From Balneolales bacterium (GTDB taxonomy: Bacteria > Bacteroidota > Rhodothermia > Balneolales > Natronogracilivirgulaceae), in NCBI GenBank assembly GCA_040905685.1, contig JBBDRB010000040.1, forward strand, positions 19,084 to 83,083: a stretch of 64,000 nucleotides of DNA, in the 5' to 3' direction. A program made the position numbers and the translations under genes. Below are positions 53,456 through 61,473 of this stretch, piece after piece. The notes under the pieces are model-generated. The model was not told where the DNA came from and ran no database searches. It saw nothing but the letters and a program-made list of their open reading frames with translations. Numbering within the stretch: position 1 is the first letter of the stretch; each line of letters opens with the position of its first letter.

Positions 53456-53944
53456 GTGGCCCGTAAAAAAAACAAAGCACCCGGGGAGAAGAAACCCATC
53501 GTAATAAAAAACCGAAAGGCGAGTCACGATTATCATATCGAAGAAACGTTTGAGACCGGAATTGTCCTGCAGGGAACGGAAGTAAAATCCATCCGCATGG
53601 GAAACGCCAGTTTCACCGATACGTTCGCTTATATCCATAAAGGTGAAATCTGGCTTAAAGATCTTTATATCAAGGAATTTGATCAGGGTTCCTATAATAA
53701 TCACGACCCGAGAAGGGAACGGAAGCTGCTGCTTAAACGCGATGAGATCCGCAAGATCGACCGCGCTATCAATCAAAAAGGGGTGACGCTTATACCGCTT
53801 CGGCTGTATTTCGCCCGTGGCAATGCCAAAATACAGCTTGCCCTTGGCCGGGGCAAAAAGCAATACGACAAACGGGCCGCCATTGCCGAAAAGGACCAAA
53901 AAAGGGATATGGACCGCGATATCAAACGGAAATACAAGGTTTAG
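53456..53944 (+). CDS. smpB: SsrA-binding protein
   Basis: Motifs I.NRKA.HDY.I.E..E.GI.L.GTEVKS.R and a KLLL.K.EI motif. The GTG start lies immediately after the preceding stop. Confidence 0.94.
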   Translation: MARKKNKAPGEKKPIVIKNRKASHDYHIEETFETGIVLQGTEVKSIRMGNASFTDTFAYIHKGEIWLKDLYIKEFDQGSYNNHDPRRERKLLLKRDEIRKIDRAINQKGVTLIPLRLYFARGNAKIQLALGRGKKQYDKRAAIAEKDQKRDMDRDIKRKYKV

Positions 53945-54726
53945 CCGGGTCCTTTCGTGTCGTTTCCCGTAAAAGCGCGGAACAGTTCCATGGGGATAGG
54001 GAAAAAGGTGATGGTATTGTTTTCCGTGCCGAGTTCGCTTACGGTTTGGAGAAACCGCAGCTGCAGGGCCGTGGGTTCTTTCGAGATCATGTTTCCCGCC
54101 TGGACCAGTTTTTCCGCCGCCTGGAATTCACCCTGGGCATTGATGATCTTGGCCCGCCGGTCGCGTTCGGTTTCCGCCTGCTTGGCCATGGCCCGTTTCA
54201 TGCCCTCGGGCAAGACCACATCGCGAACCTCCACCGATGTTACTTTAATGCCCCAGGGATCGGTCTGCCGATCCAGTATCTCCTGAATGGACTGGTTGAT
54301 CTTGTCCCGTTCCGAAAGGAGCTCATCGAGTTCCACCTGCCCGACTACGCTGCGAAGGGTGGTCTGGGCAAAAAGGTTCGTAGCTTCCAGATAATTTTCA
54401 ACGTTAACGATAGCCGCCTCGGCATCAACGACCCGGAAGTAGGTGATGGCATCGACGGTGGCCGGCACATTATCCCGGGTAATGATCTCCTGGCGGGGCA
54501 CATTCGACGTTACCACACGCATGTCCACGCGGACCATTTTGTCAATGAACGGGATCAGGATGATCAGCCCGGGGCCCTTGGCAGCTAAAAGGTTTCCAAG
54601 CCTGAAGACCACACCCCTTTCATATTCCCTCAGAATGCGAAAGATCTGAGGCAGCAGGATGACGGCCAGTACCGCAATGGTAATAACCCAGATCAACAGA
54701 TTTGATAATCCAGCATCACCGTCCAT
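53941..54726 (-). CDS. SPFH/band-7 (stomatin-like) protein
   Basis: N-terminal TM followed by EYERGVVFRLG and an SPFH domain. Its 3' end overlaps the smpB 3' end by 4 nt. Confidence 0.9.
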   Translation of the reverse strand: MDGDAGLSNLLIWVITIAVLAVILLPQIFRILREYERGVVFRLGNLLAAKGPGLIILIPFIDKMVRVDMRVVTSNVPRQEIITRDNVPATVDAITYFRVVDAEAAIVNVENYLEATNLFAQTTLRSVVGQVELDELLSERDKINQSIQEILDRQTDPWGIKVTSVEVRDVVLPEGMKRAMAKQAETERDRRAKIINAQGEFQAAEKLVQAGNMISKEPTALQLRFLQTVSELGTENNTITFFPIPMELFRAFTGNDTKGPG

Positions 54727-56035
54727 GATTTCCCTCCTGATCTTCCTGGTTTTTAACCGGCCTCACCTTCATGGTCAGCCCTTTTATATCAATAATCTCA
54801 CACCGCTCACCTTTTTCAACTGTTTCTTCGCTAAAGGCATTCCAAATTTCCCCCTGTACGAAAACTTTTCCGCCCTCCGGTCCCACGCGTTTCAGGGCTT
54901 CCACTTTTTTTCCTATCAGGCTTTCCTTACCGGTTTTGGCCACTTTCCCGAACTGGGCCTTTAATCCACTGCTTACGATAAACCCAAAAAATAAAGCCGT
55001 GAGAATGGTTGCCGGTAAAAGGTACCATAAGGAAACCTGGTACAAGGGGGTCAGATCCTCGAACAGCATCAGGGAGCCGAGAAAAAAAGTGACGGCCCCG
55101 GCGACGGTAAGCAAGCCAAAGGTGGGAGTAAAGGCTTCGCTTACGAACAGGATCAGCGCGAGCGCGACCAAAACGAATCCCGCTATGTTAACGGGCATGG
55201 CAGCGACCGTGTATAACAGCAGGATCAGGGCCACTACTCCGATGACGCCCGGGACGATGGCTCCCGGATTGCTGATCTCTCCGATGATGCCGTAAATGGC
55301 CATAATCATCAGGATCATCATAACCTGTGGATTGAACAGATATCCAAGGAACTGCTCGGCATGGGTCTTGCCTATTTCATTCACAGCGGCCCCGTCGGTT
55401 TCGAGGGTAAGGCCATCAACCTGCCAGCCATGCAACTGCGATATCAGATCCTGGCGGTCTCCGGCAATGATATCAACTACGTTGATATCCAGGGCTCTTT
55501 CTTCGGTAATGGATGCGGCATCACGCACGGCCGCTTCGGCCCATTCCACGTTTCGGTCCCGCCGGGCAGCGATGCTTTCGATATAGCTAACCGAATAGTT
55601 CAGCAATTTTTCCCGCTGATCCTCACCCATTTCCCCTCCACCCATCTGCACCGGAGTGGCTGCGCCGATATTGGTAGCCGGAGACATGGCGGCAATATGG
55701 GAAGCCAGCGTGATGAACACCCCTGCACTGATGGCTCCCCCGCCGGAAGGCGTTACATAAACCACGACGGGGACGTCCGAGGCCAGCATGGCCTGAACAA
55801 TGTCTGTGGTAGAATCAAGCAGTCCGCCGGGGGTGTCAAGCTCAAAGATCAGGCACACCGAGCCCTGTAGTTCAGCCTGGTTTATGGCGCGGCTCACGTA
55901 AGAGGCGGTAGTAGGGCCGATCGAACCATTGACCGTAATGACACTTATTTCCCTTTCGCTGCTTTCCTGCTGTTCAGATAATTCAGCAGAGATTATCATC
56001 AACGAGGCACCGATAAATAGAATTAACCCTTTCAT
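54716..56035 (-). CDS. NfeD-family membrane-bound ClpP-class serine protease
   Basis: ClpP-like domain (ELDTPGG, SAG), several TM helices and a C-terminal NfeD OB domain. It overlaps the downstream SPFH gene by 11 nt, which is the classic pair. Confidence 0.9.
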   Translation of the reverse strand: MKGLILFIGASLMIISAELSEQQESSEREISVITVNGSIGPTTASYVSRAINQAELQGSVCLIFELDTPGGLLDSTTDIVQAMLASDVPVVVYVTPSGGGAISAGVFITLASHIAAMSPATNIGAATPVQMGGGEMGEDQREKLLNYSVSYIESIAARRDRNVEWAEAAVRDAASITEERALDINVVDIIAGDRQDLISQLHGWQVDGLTLETDGAAVNEIGKTHAEQFLGYLFNPQVMMILMIMAIYGIIGEISNPGAIVPGVIGVVALILLLYTVAAMPVNIAGFVLVALALILFVSEAFTPTFGLLTVAGAVTFFLGSLMLFEDLTPLYQVSLWYLLPATILTALFFGFIVSSGLKAQFGKVAKTGKESLIGKKVEALKRVGPEGGKVFVQGEIWNAFSEETVEKGERCEIIDIKGLTMKVRPVKNQEDQEGNHGR

Positions 56036-56114
56036 AATCCTAATTTATCAGAAATAGGCTAATTTGCCTGTTATCTTATCTTAATGAACCGCCTTGTCGC
56101 GTCCCCGGGGGTTA

Positions 56115-56669
56115 TTACACCAATACCCCCGTAATGCGTTCAAATATCTCCCCAACGCTACCTACGCCATAAACGGCGTGAAAGACCCCTTTTTCCCGGT
56201 AGTAATCCATCACCGGGGCGGTTTCTTCATTATATACATCCAAACGGACTTTTATTTTTTCAGGGGTATCATCCGGGCGACCTTCTTCGCGGCTGCTGAT
56301 CCGTTTGATAAGTTCGTGCTCGGGGACCTCCAGAGAGATAAAGGCATCGAGTTCCTGATCCCGCTGTTTAAGAAGGTCATCAAAGGCTTCAGCCTGCGGC
56401 ACTGTCCGGGGGAAACCATCCAGAATATAACCGTCCTGATAGGCGGGTTGCCCGAGCGTCTCCCCCACCAGATTTACCACCGTTTCATCGGGTACCAGTT
56501 TACCGGATTCCAGAATTTCACTAACTTTAACTCCCAGCGGGGTTTTGTTTTTGATAGCATGCCGGAACATATCCCCTGTGGAAAGCTGGGGGATATTGAA
56601 TTTTTCTTCCATCAACTTGGCCTGTGTTCCTTTGCCGGCTCCCGGAGGCCCGAATAATATAATTCTCAT
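56115..56669 (-). CDS. adk: adenylate kinase (short-LID form)
   Basis: Motifs GPPGAGKGTQ, STGDMFR and DGFPRT; 184 aa. Confidence 0.95.
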   Translation of the reverse strand: MRIILFGPPGAGKGTQAKLMEEKFNIPQLSTGDMFRHAIKNKTPLGVKVSEILESGKLVPDETVVNLVGETLGQPAYQDGYILDGFPRTVPQAEAFDDLLKQRDQELDAFISLEVPEHELIKRISSREEGRPDDTPEKIKVRLDVYNEETAPVMDYYREKGVFHAVYGVGSVGEIFERITGVLV

Positions 56670-56752
56670 CTATAGTATCTGATTAATGTAAATATGGGCC
56701 TGATCAAGGCTGCCAAAAGATAAATGTTTTAGAAGTTAACCACAAAAGCGCC

Positions 56753-56776
56753 CGGCGGGGTTTTCCCGCCGTTTTA
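56753..56776 (+). terminator. orphan terminator-like GC hairpin in the adk / asparaginase divergent spacer
   Basis: cggcggg (56753-56759), loop gtttt, cccgccg (56765-56771), then tttta. No upstream same-strand gene ends here. Confidence 0.4.
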
Positions 56777-56806
56777 TGAACCAAAACTGCAAAAGGCATT
56801 AAACTC

Positions 56807-57850
56807 ATGAATGCACCCACTAACAGCTTACCGCTCACCGTTATTCTTATCTTTACTTTCGTTTTCTGTTCAAATCCAAAGGAAGATAATATGATGCCGG
56901 CCGGTGAATCCAGATATGCAATAGCCCTACACGGCGGTGCCGGCGCCATCGCAAAAAACATCGATGAGGAGGTGAAGGCCGGGTATCTGGCTTCCTTGTC
57001 TGAAGCGCTAAAACTGGGCGAAGAGCTTCTCAGGGAAGGGGGGAGCAGCCTTGACGCCGTCTCGAACGCCGTGCGTTATCTGGAAGATGATCCAAGGTTC
57101 AATGCCGGCCGCGGCGCTGTCTATACCAGTGAGGGGAGCCACGAATTGGATGCTTCCATCATGGACGGCCGGGACCTGGCTATCGGGGCTGTTGCCGGTG
57201 TCCGGACCGTTAAAAATCCAATCCTGCTGGCCAGAAAGGTAATGGAGGAATCCCCCCATGTGCTGTTTGCCGGTGACGGAGCCGAACGTTTCGCCGATCA
57301 AACCGGTGTGGAGCGTGTCGAGGAATCGTATTTTCATACCGGCCGCCGGTCCCGGCAGCTGGATCGTGCCCGCCGGCAGGAAGCCGTCTTGCTGGATCAC
57401 TCGCAGGAGGATATTAATCCGAAAGGATATGACATGGACGAAAATAAAATGGGTACGGTGGGGGCGGTTGCCCTCGACCGTCAAGGCAACCTGGCTGCGG
57501 CCACTTCAACGGGAGGAATGACCAATAAGCAACCGGGCCGCGTAGGGGATTCCCCCATCGCGGGGGCCGGCACCTATGCCGATAACCAAACAGCGGCTGT
57601 TTCAGGCACGGGAGCCGGTGAGGAATTTATCCGCCATGCCGTGGCCTATCAGGTCACAGCCCTCATGGAGTATAAAGGGTTAAGCCTGGATGAAGCGGCC
57701 AGCCACGTAATTTTTGAAAAGCTTGAACCGGGTGACGGGGGCATCATCGCCATCGGCAAAGACGGGTCGATAGCCATGCCCTTCAGTACGACCGGTATGT
57801 TTCGCGGAGCGGCCAACTCTGAGGGCTTATTTGAGGTAAAAATTCACTGA
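56807..57850 (+). CDS. isoaspartyl peptidase / L-asparaginase (Ntn hydrolase)
   Basis: Lipoprotein-type signal (FTFVFC), plus HGGAG, NAGRG and the autoprocessing site GTVGAVALD. Confidence 0.9.
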   Translation: MNAPTNSLPLTVILIFTFVFCSNPKEDNMMPAGESRYAIALHGGAGAIAKNIDEEVKAGYLASLSEALKLGEELLREGGSSLDAVSNAVRYLEDDPRFNAGRGAVYTSEGSHELDASIMDGRDLAIGAVAGVRTVKNPILLARKVMEESPHVLFAGDGAERFADQTGVERVEESYFHTGRRSRQLDRARRQEAVLLDHSQEDINPKGYDMDENKMGTVGAVALDRQGNLAAATSTGGMTNKQPGRVGDSPIAGAGTYADNQTAAVSGTGAGEEFIRHAVAYQVTALMEYKGLSLDEAASHVIFEKLEPGDGGIIAIGKDGSIAMPFSTTGMFRGAANSEGLFEVKIH

Positions 57851-57877
57851 CCCGTGGCCTTACTGGCCCACGGTCAC
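57848..57877. terminator. GC-rich hairpin spanning both stop codons of convergent genes
   Basis: tgacccgtggcc / ggcccacggtca form an imperfect stem with loop ttact. There is no T-run on either strand. Confidence 0.3.
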
Positions 57878-58801
57878 GCCTGCACCCTTGTTCTCTTCGA
57901 CCCGGGTTATAAAGCGGTCGATCAGGTGAATGATAATCTTGCCGCCTTTGCTGTTCTTATGGATAAGGTCCGGAGTTAGCAGAAAGCCGTTTTTTTCGGA
58001 GATATCATCCCAGCTTTTTTTAAGAACATAACGCCGGAAAGCCGAACGGCGGATCAGATGGCCGTTTTTCTTATAAGCATTCCGGCTTATGTGATTCAGC
58101 GATTGAAGCAACTCCCGTTCACGTTCATTCAATGGCAGATAACCCACTCCGAAAGCCTCGGCAACCTCTTTTACAATAACGGAATATTCGGCTGACCAGT
58201 AATTGCTTTCCTCACCGAGGTCTTCGCCGACCAGGGGAGGGGAGATCAGTGCGATGTGAGCCGTGGTTTCGTTTTGAAGCCGTTGCAGGATTTGGTTCAG
58301 GTTTTCCCTGAACCATTCCGGAGAAGGGATTTGCGGCAGTTTGTTTGATTTCTTGTACTTCTTTTCTCTTTTGTGGCTTAAGGTGGCATCCACCTCATAG
58401 GAACCAATTAAAATGGTGATAAAACCAGGCTTAAGATCAATTACCGGATCGAGGCGCTGGAGAACATTCCATGCCAGGTCCCTGCCCATGCCGGCATTAA
58501 TAAATTCAAAATCATGATTGTAGGGTTTAGACGAGAGTGCGTCCACGTAGTTGAAACTCAGGGTACCCTGGGTAATGCTGTCGCCAATGCACACGACACG
58601 TTTTTTGGTCCGGGGTGTGGAGGCGCAGGTTTCGGGCCGGTTACGCGGTAAAGCCTTGACTTTTCTTCTTACGTACAATAACACTCCTAGAATGCTGAAG
58701 GCAATCAGGGTGCCAAAAACTAACAGGGCAGACAATACCATGGGTAATACGGAATAGGTATAAAGGATGCATTTGGAGAGGTAAATACCCCTATTAAACA
58801 A
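57860..58801 (-). CDS. SGNH/GDSL hydrolase family protein with N-terminal TM anchor
   Basis: Block I CIGDSITQG, a later GxND-like block, and a DLIHKN (DxxH) block at the C-terminus. Start uncertain: the listed start is TTG, and a Met is present at the MVLSALL position. Confidence 0.75.
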   Translation of the reverse strand: MFNRGIYLSKCILYTYSVLPMVLSALLVFGTLIAFSILGVLLYVRRKVKALPRNRPETCASTPRTKKRVVCIGDSITQGTLSFNYVDALSSKPYNHDFEFINAGMGRDLAWNVLQRLDPVIDLKPGFITILIGSYEVDATLSHKREKKYKKSNKLPQIPSPEWFRENLNQILQRLQNETTAHIALISPPLVGEDLGEESNYWSAEYSVIVKEVAEAFGVGYLPLNERERELLQSLNHISRNAYKKNGHLIRRSAFRRYVLKKSWDDISEKNGFLLTPDLIHKNSKGGKIIIHLIDRFITRVEENKGAGVTVGQ

Positions 58802-58975
58802 TCTGAATCAAGTTAAGCAGGGAAGCGGTAAAAAACACAGAGTAAAAAATTTTTCTATCGGGCAGTAAGAGCAAAAAACAAAAAGTTACTACAAATATAA
58901 TTACCCATATTTAAATTCGATGGAAAGTTTAATATCTTAAGTTATTGTACTTATGTGTAACTATTTATTAACATT

Positions 58976-60676
58976 ATGAATATAAACCTTAGAGCAAAAG
59001 CACAGAATACCTACGATGCCATTGTTGTGGGAACCGGTATAAGTGGAGGGTGGGCAGCTAAAGAGCTTACGGAAAAGGGGTTGAATACCCTGGTTCTGGA
59101 AAGGGGCCGGGATGTCGAGCATGTTGCCGATTACCCGACCATGCTCAAAGAGCCCTGGGAGCTTCCGTATAACGATCAGTTGACCGTGGATGAGCTGGAA
59201 GATTATCCCGTACAAAGGCGAACCGGGTATACCATGAGGCAATCCCTCAAGCACTGGTGGGTAAAAGATACGGATCAGCCCTATGAAGAGGTGAAGCGTT
59301 TCGACTGGATCCGGGGTTATCATGTAGGTGGAAGATCCCTGATGTGGGGGCGGCAAAGCTACCGGTTGAGCGAAATGGATTTCAGCGCCAATCTCAGGGA
59401 GGGCTTAGCCGTGGACTGGCCCATACGTTACAGGGATATTGAACCCTGGTATGACTATGTTGAATCTTTTATCGGGGTAAGCGGAAAAGCCGAAGGCCTG
59501 TCCCAGCTGCCGGACGGTAAATTCCTCCCGCCCATGGATCTTAACTGCCTGGAAGAGCACCTTCAGGCCCGGATGGCCGAAACGTTCAGTGACCGGACAC
59601 TGACCATAGGCCGGACGGCCAACCTGACCCGGCCGCACAACGGGCGCGGATCATGCCAGTACCGAAGCCTTTGCAGCCGGGGTTGTCCCTTCGGCGCGTA
59701 TTTCAGCAGCAATGCATCCACCCTGCCGGCGGCAGAGCAAACTGGAAATATGACACTCAGACCTCACTCCGTAGTGAATTCGATTATATATGACGAAGCA
59801 GCGGGCCGGGCCACCGGAGTAAGGGTCATAGACGGGGAAAGCGGTGAAATGATGGAATACTATTCCAGGGTCATCTTCCTGAATGCTTCAACCCTTAATT
59901 CTGCCCTTATTCTGTTAAACTCATTATCGGATCGTTTCCCCGCGGGACTGGGAAATGATTCCGGTGAACTGGGCCGGAACATCATGGATCACCATTTCAG
60001 GGTTGGCGCCAACGGAGAATACGACGGTTTTCAGGAGCGGTATTACACAGGTCGCCGTCCTAATGGCTTTTACATACCCCGATACCGCAATATTGGTGAA
60101 AATGGCCGGGATTACCTGCGGGGCTTTGGCTATCAGGGCAGTGCCAGCCGGGAAGGCTGGTGGAGAGGAGTACGTGAACTTGCCATTGGCTCCGAACTCA
60201 AAGAGCTTCTTACCCTGCCCGGGCAATGGACCATGGGGATGACCGGCTTTGGGGAATGCCTGCCCTATCATGAGAATAAAGCCACATTAAATCATGACAA
60301 GACCGACAAATGGGGGCAGCCTACCCTGGTCATCGATTGCGAGTTCAGGGAAAATGAAATGAAGATGCGTGGAGATATGGCCAACGACGCCGCGGAGATG
60401 CTGGAAGCGGCCGGCATGAAAAACATCACTACGTTTGATGATATCGGCGGACCCGGACTGGGCATTCATGAAATGGGTACGGCCCGCATGGGGCATGACC
60501 CGGAAACATCCGTATTAAACAGGTTCAATCAGATCCATGCCGTGCCGAATGTCTACGTAACGGACGGTTCGTGCATGACCTCGGCGGCCTGCCAGAACCC
60601 ATCGCTTACGTACATGGCCTTAACGGCCCGCGCCTGCGAACATGCCGTTGAAGAAATGAAAAAAAATAACCTTTAG
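58976..60676 (+). CDS. GMC-family FAD-dependent oxidoreductase (gluconate 2-dehydrogenase flavoprotein / glycoside 3-dehydrogenase-like large subunit)
   Basis: The N-terminal Rossmann motif (DAIVVGTGISGG) starts at residue about 14 with no signal peptide. The C-terminal GMC motif is (HEMGTARMG ... VTDGS). Confidence 0.88.
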   Translation: MNINLRAKAQNTYDAIVVGTGISGGWAAKELTEKGLNTLVLERGRDVEHVADYPTMLKEPWELPYNDQLTVDELEDYPVQRRTGYTMRQSLKHWWVKDTDQPYEEVKRFDWIRGYHVGGRSLMWGRQSYRLSEMDFSANLREGLAVDWPIRYRDIEPWYDYVESFIGVSGKAEGLSQLPDGKFLPPMDLNCLEEHLQARMAETFSDRTLTIGRTANLTRPHNGRGSCQYRSLCSRGCPFGAYFSSNASTLPAAEQTGNMTLRPHSVVNSIIYDEAAGRATGVRVIDGESGEMMEYYSRVIFLNASTLNSALILLNSLSDRFPAGLGNDSGELGRNIMDHHFRVGANGEYDGFQERYYTGRRPNGFYIPRYRNIGENGRDYLRGFGYQGSASREGWWRGVRELAIGSELKELLTLPGQWTMGMTGFGECLPYHENKATLNHDKTDKWGQPTLVIDCEFRENEMKMRGDMANDAAEMLEAAGMKNITTFDDIGGPGLGIHEMGTARMGHDPETSVLNRFNQIHAVPNVYVTDGSCMTSAACQNPSLTYMALTARACEHAVEEMKKNNL

Positions 60677-60686
60677 ATCGAACGCT

Positions 60687-61250
60687 ATGAACCGAAGAGA
60701 AGCCATAAAAAATACCGCCCTGTTCATGGGCGGAGCCGTGTTTGGACCCAGTGTAACCGGGATCCTGAACGGATGCCGGCCCCACCCGTCGGTAAACTGG
60801 ACCCCGGAACTTTTCACCGAAAGCCAGGCGGCCCTTATCTCCGAACTTTCGGAGACCATATTGCCTTCGGGAAACACGCCCGGCGCCAAAGAGCTGGGCG
60901 TTCCCGCCTTTATTGAGGAAATGGTGGCCCATGTTTATCCTGCGGATGACCGGACGGATTTTATCGATGGCATTGAAGCCTTCAATGAAGCGGCCAGGGC
61001 AGCCATCGGACTCAGCTTTGTGGATGGTGATGCTGATCAGCGCCATGAGTTCACCGGGCGAGTGAACCGGGAAGCCCTCCGGAACGGCGAAACCGGAAAA
61101 CCCTTTATCATTCATGTCAAGGAGCTTACGTTAATGGGGTATTTCACCAGTGAAACCGGGGCTACCACGGTCCTTCAGCATCAGCAAACGCCCGGACGGT
61201 ATGAAAGCTGCCAGCCCCTGGATGAGGTGGGCAAAACCTGGGCCGTGTAA
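60687..61250 (+). CDS. gluconate 2-dehydrogenase subunit 3-family protein (Tat signal)
   Basis: The twin-arginine signal (MNRREAIKNTALFMGGAV) and small size match the usual partner of the GMC subunit. It starts 10 nt downstream of that gene. Confidence 0.85.
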   Translation: MNRREAIKNTALFMGGAVFGPSVTGILNGCRPHPSVNWTPELFTESQAALISELSETILPSGNTPGAKELGVPAFIEEMVAHVYPADDRTDFIDGIEAFNEAARAAIGLSFVDGDADQRHEFTGRVNREALRNGETGKPFIIHVKELTLMGYFTSETGATTVLQHQQTPGRYESCQPLDEVGKTWAV

Positions 61251-61473
61251 ACATGGATGCGTTTTATGTAGGGGATAACGGTCCTAATTATAATATAATT
61301 TATATTATTAAATATAATGTAAAAGATTAACGAATTTTAAGTAATAAAAATAAATTTTTAAATATGGAAGCGCTTTTGTATACTTGATAATGTTAGCATT
61401 AACCCCTTTTTGATTTATTTATAGTTTGTTAAAATACGCTCAGGTTAAATGATGATAACGACGGGGAGACAAT

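Noticed and set aside
53087-53899. 270-aa ORF on the - strand spanning two + strand genes.
   Set aside because: It is antisense to the lipoprotein gene and to smpB, whose identity is unambiguous. The translation has no recognisable motifs, so it is a shadow ORF.
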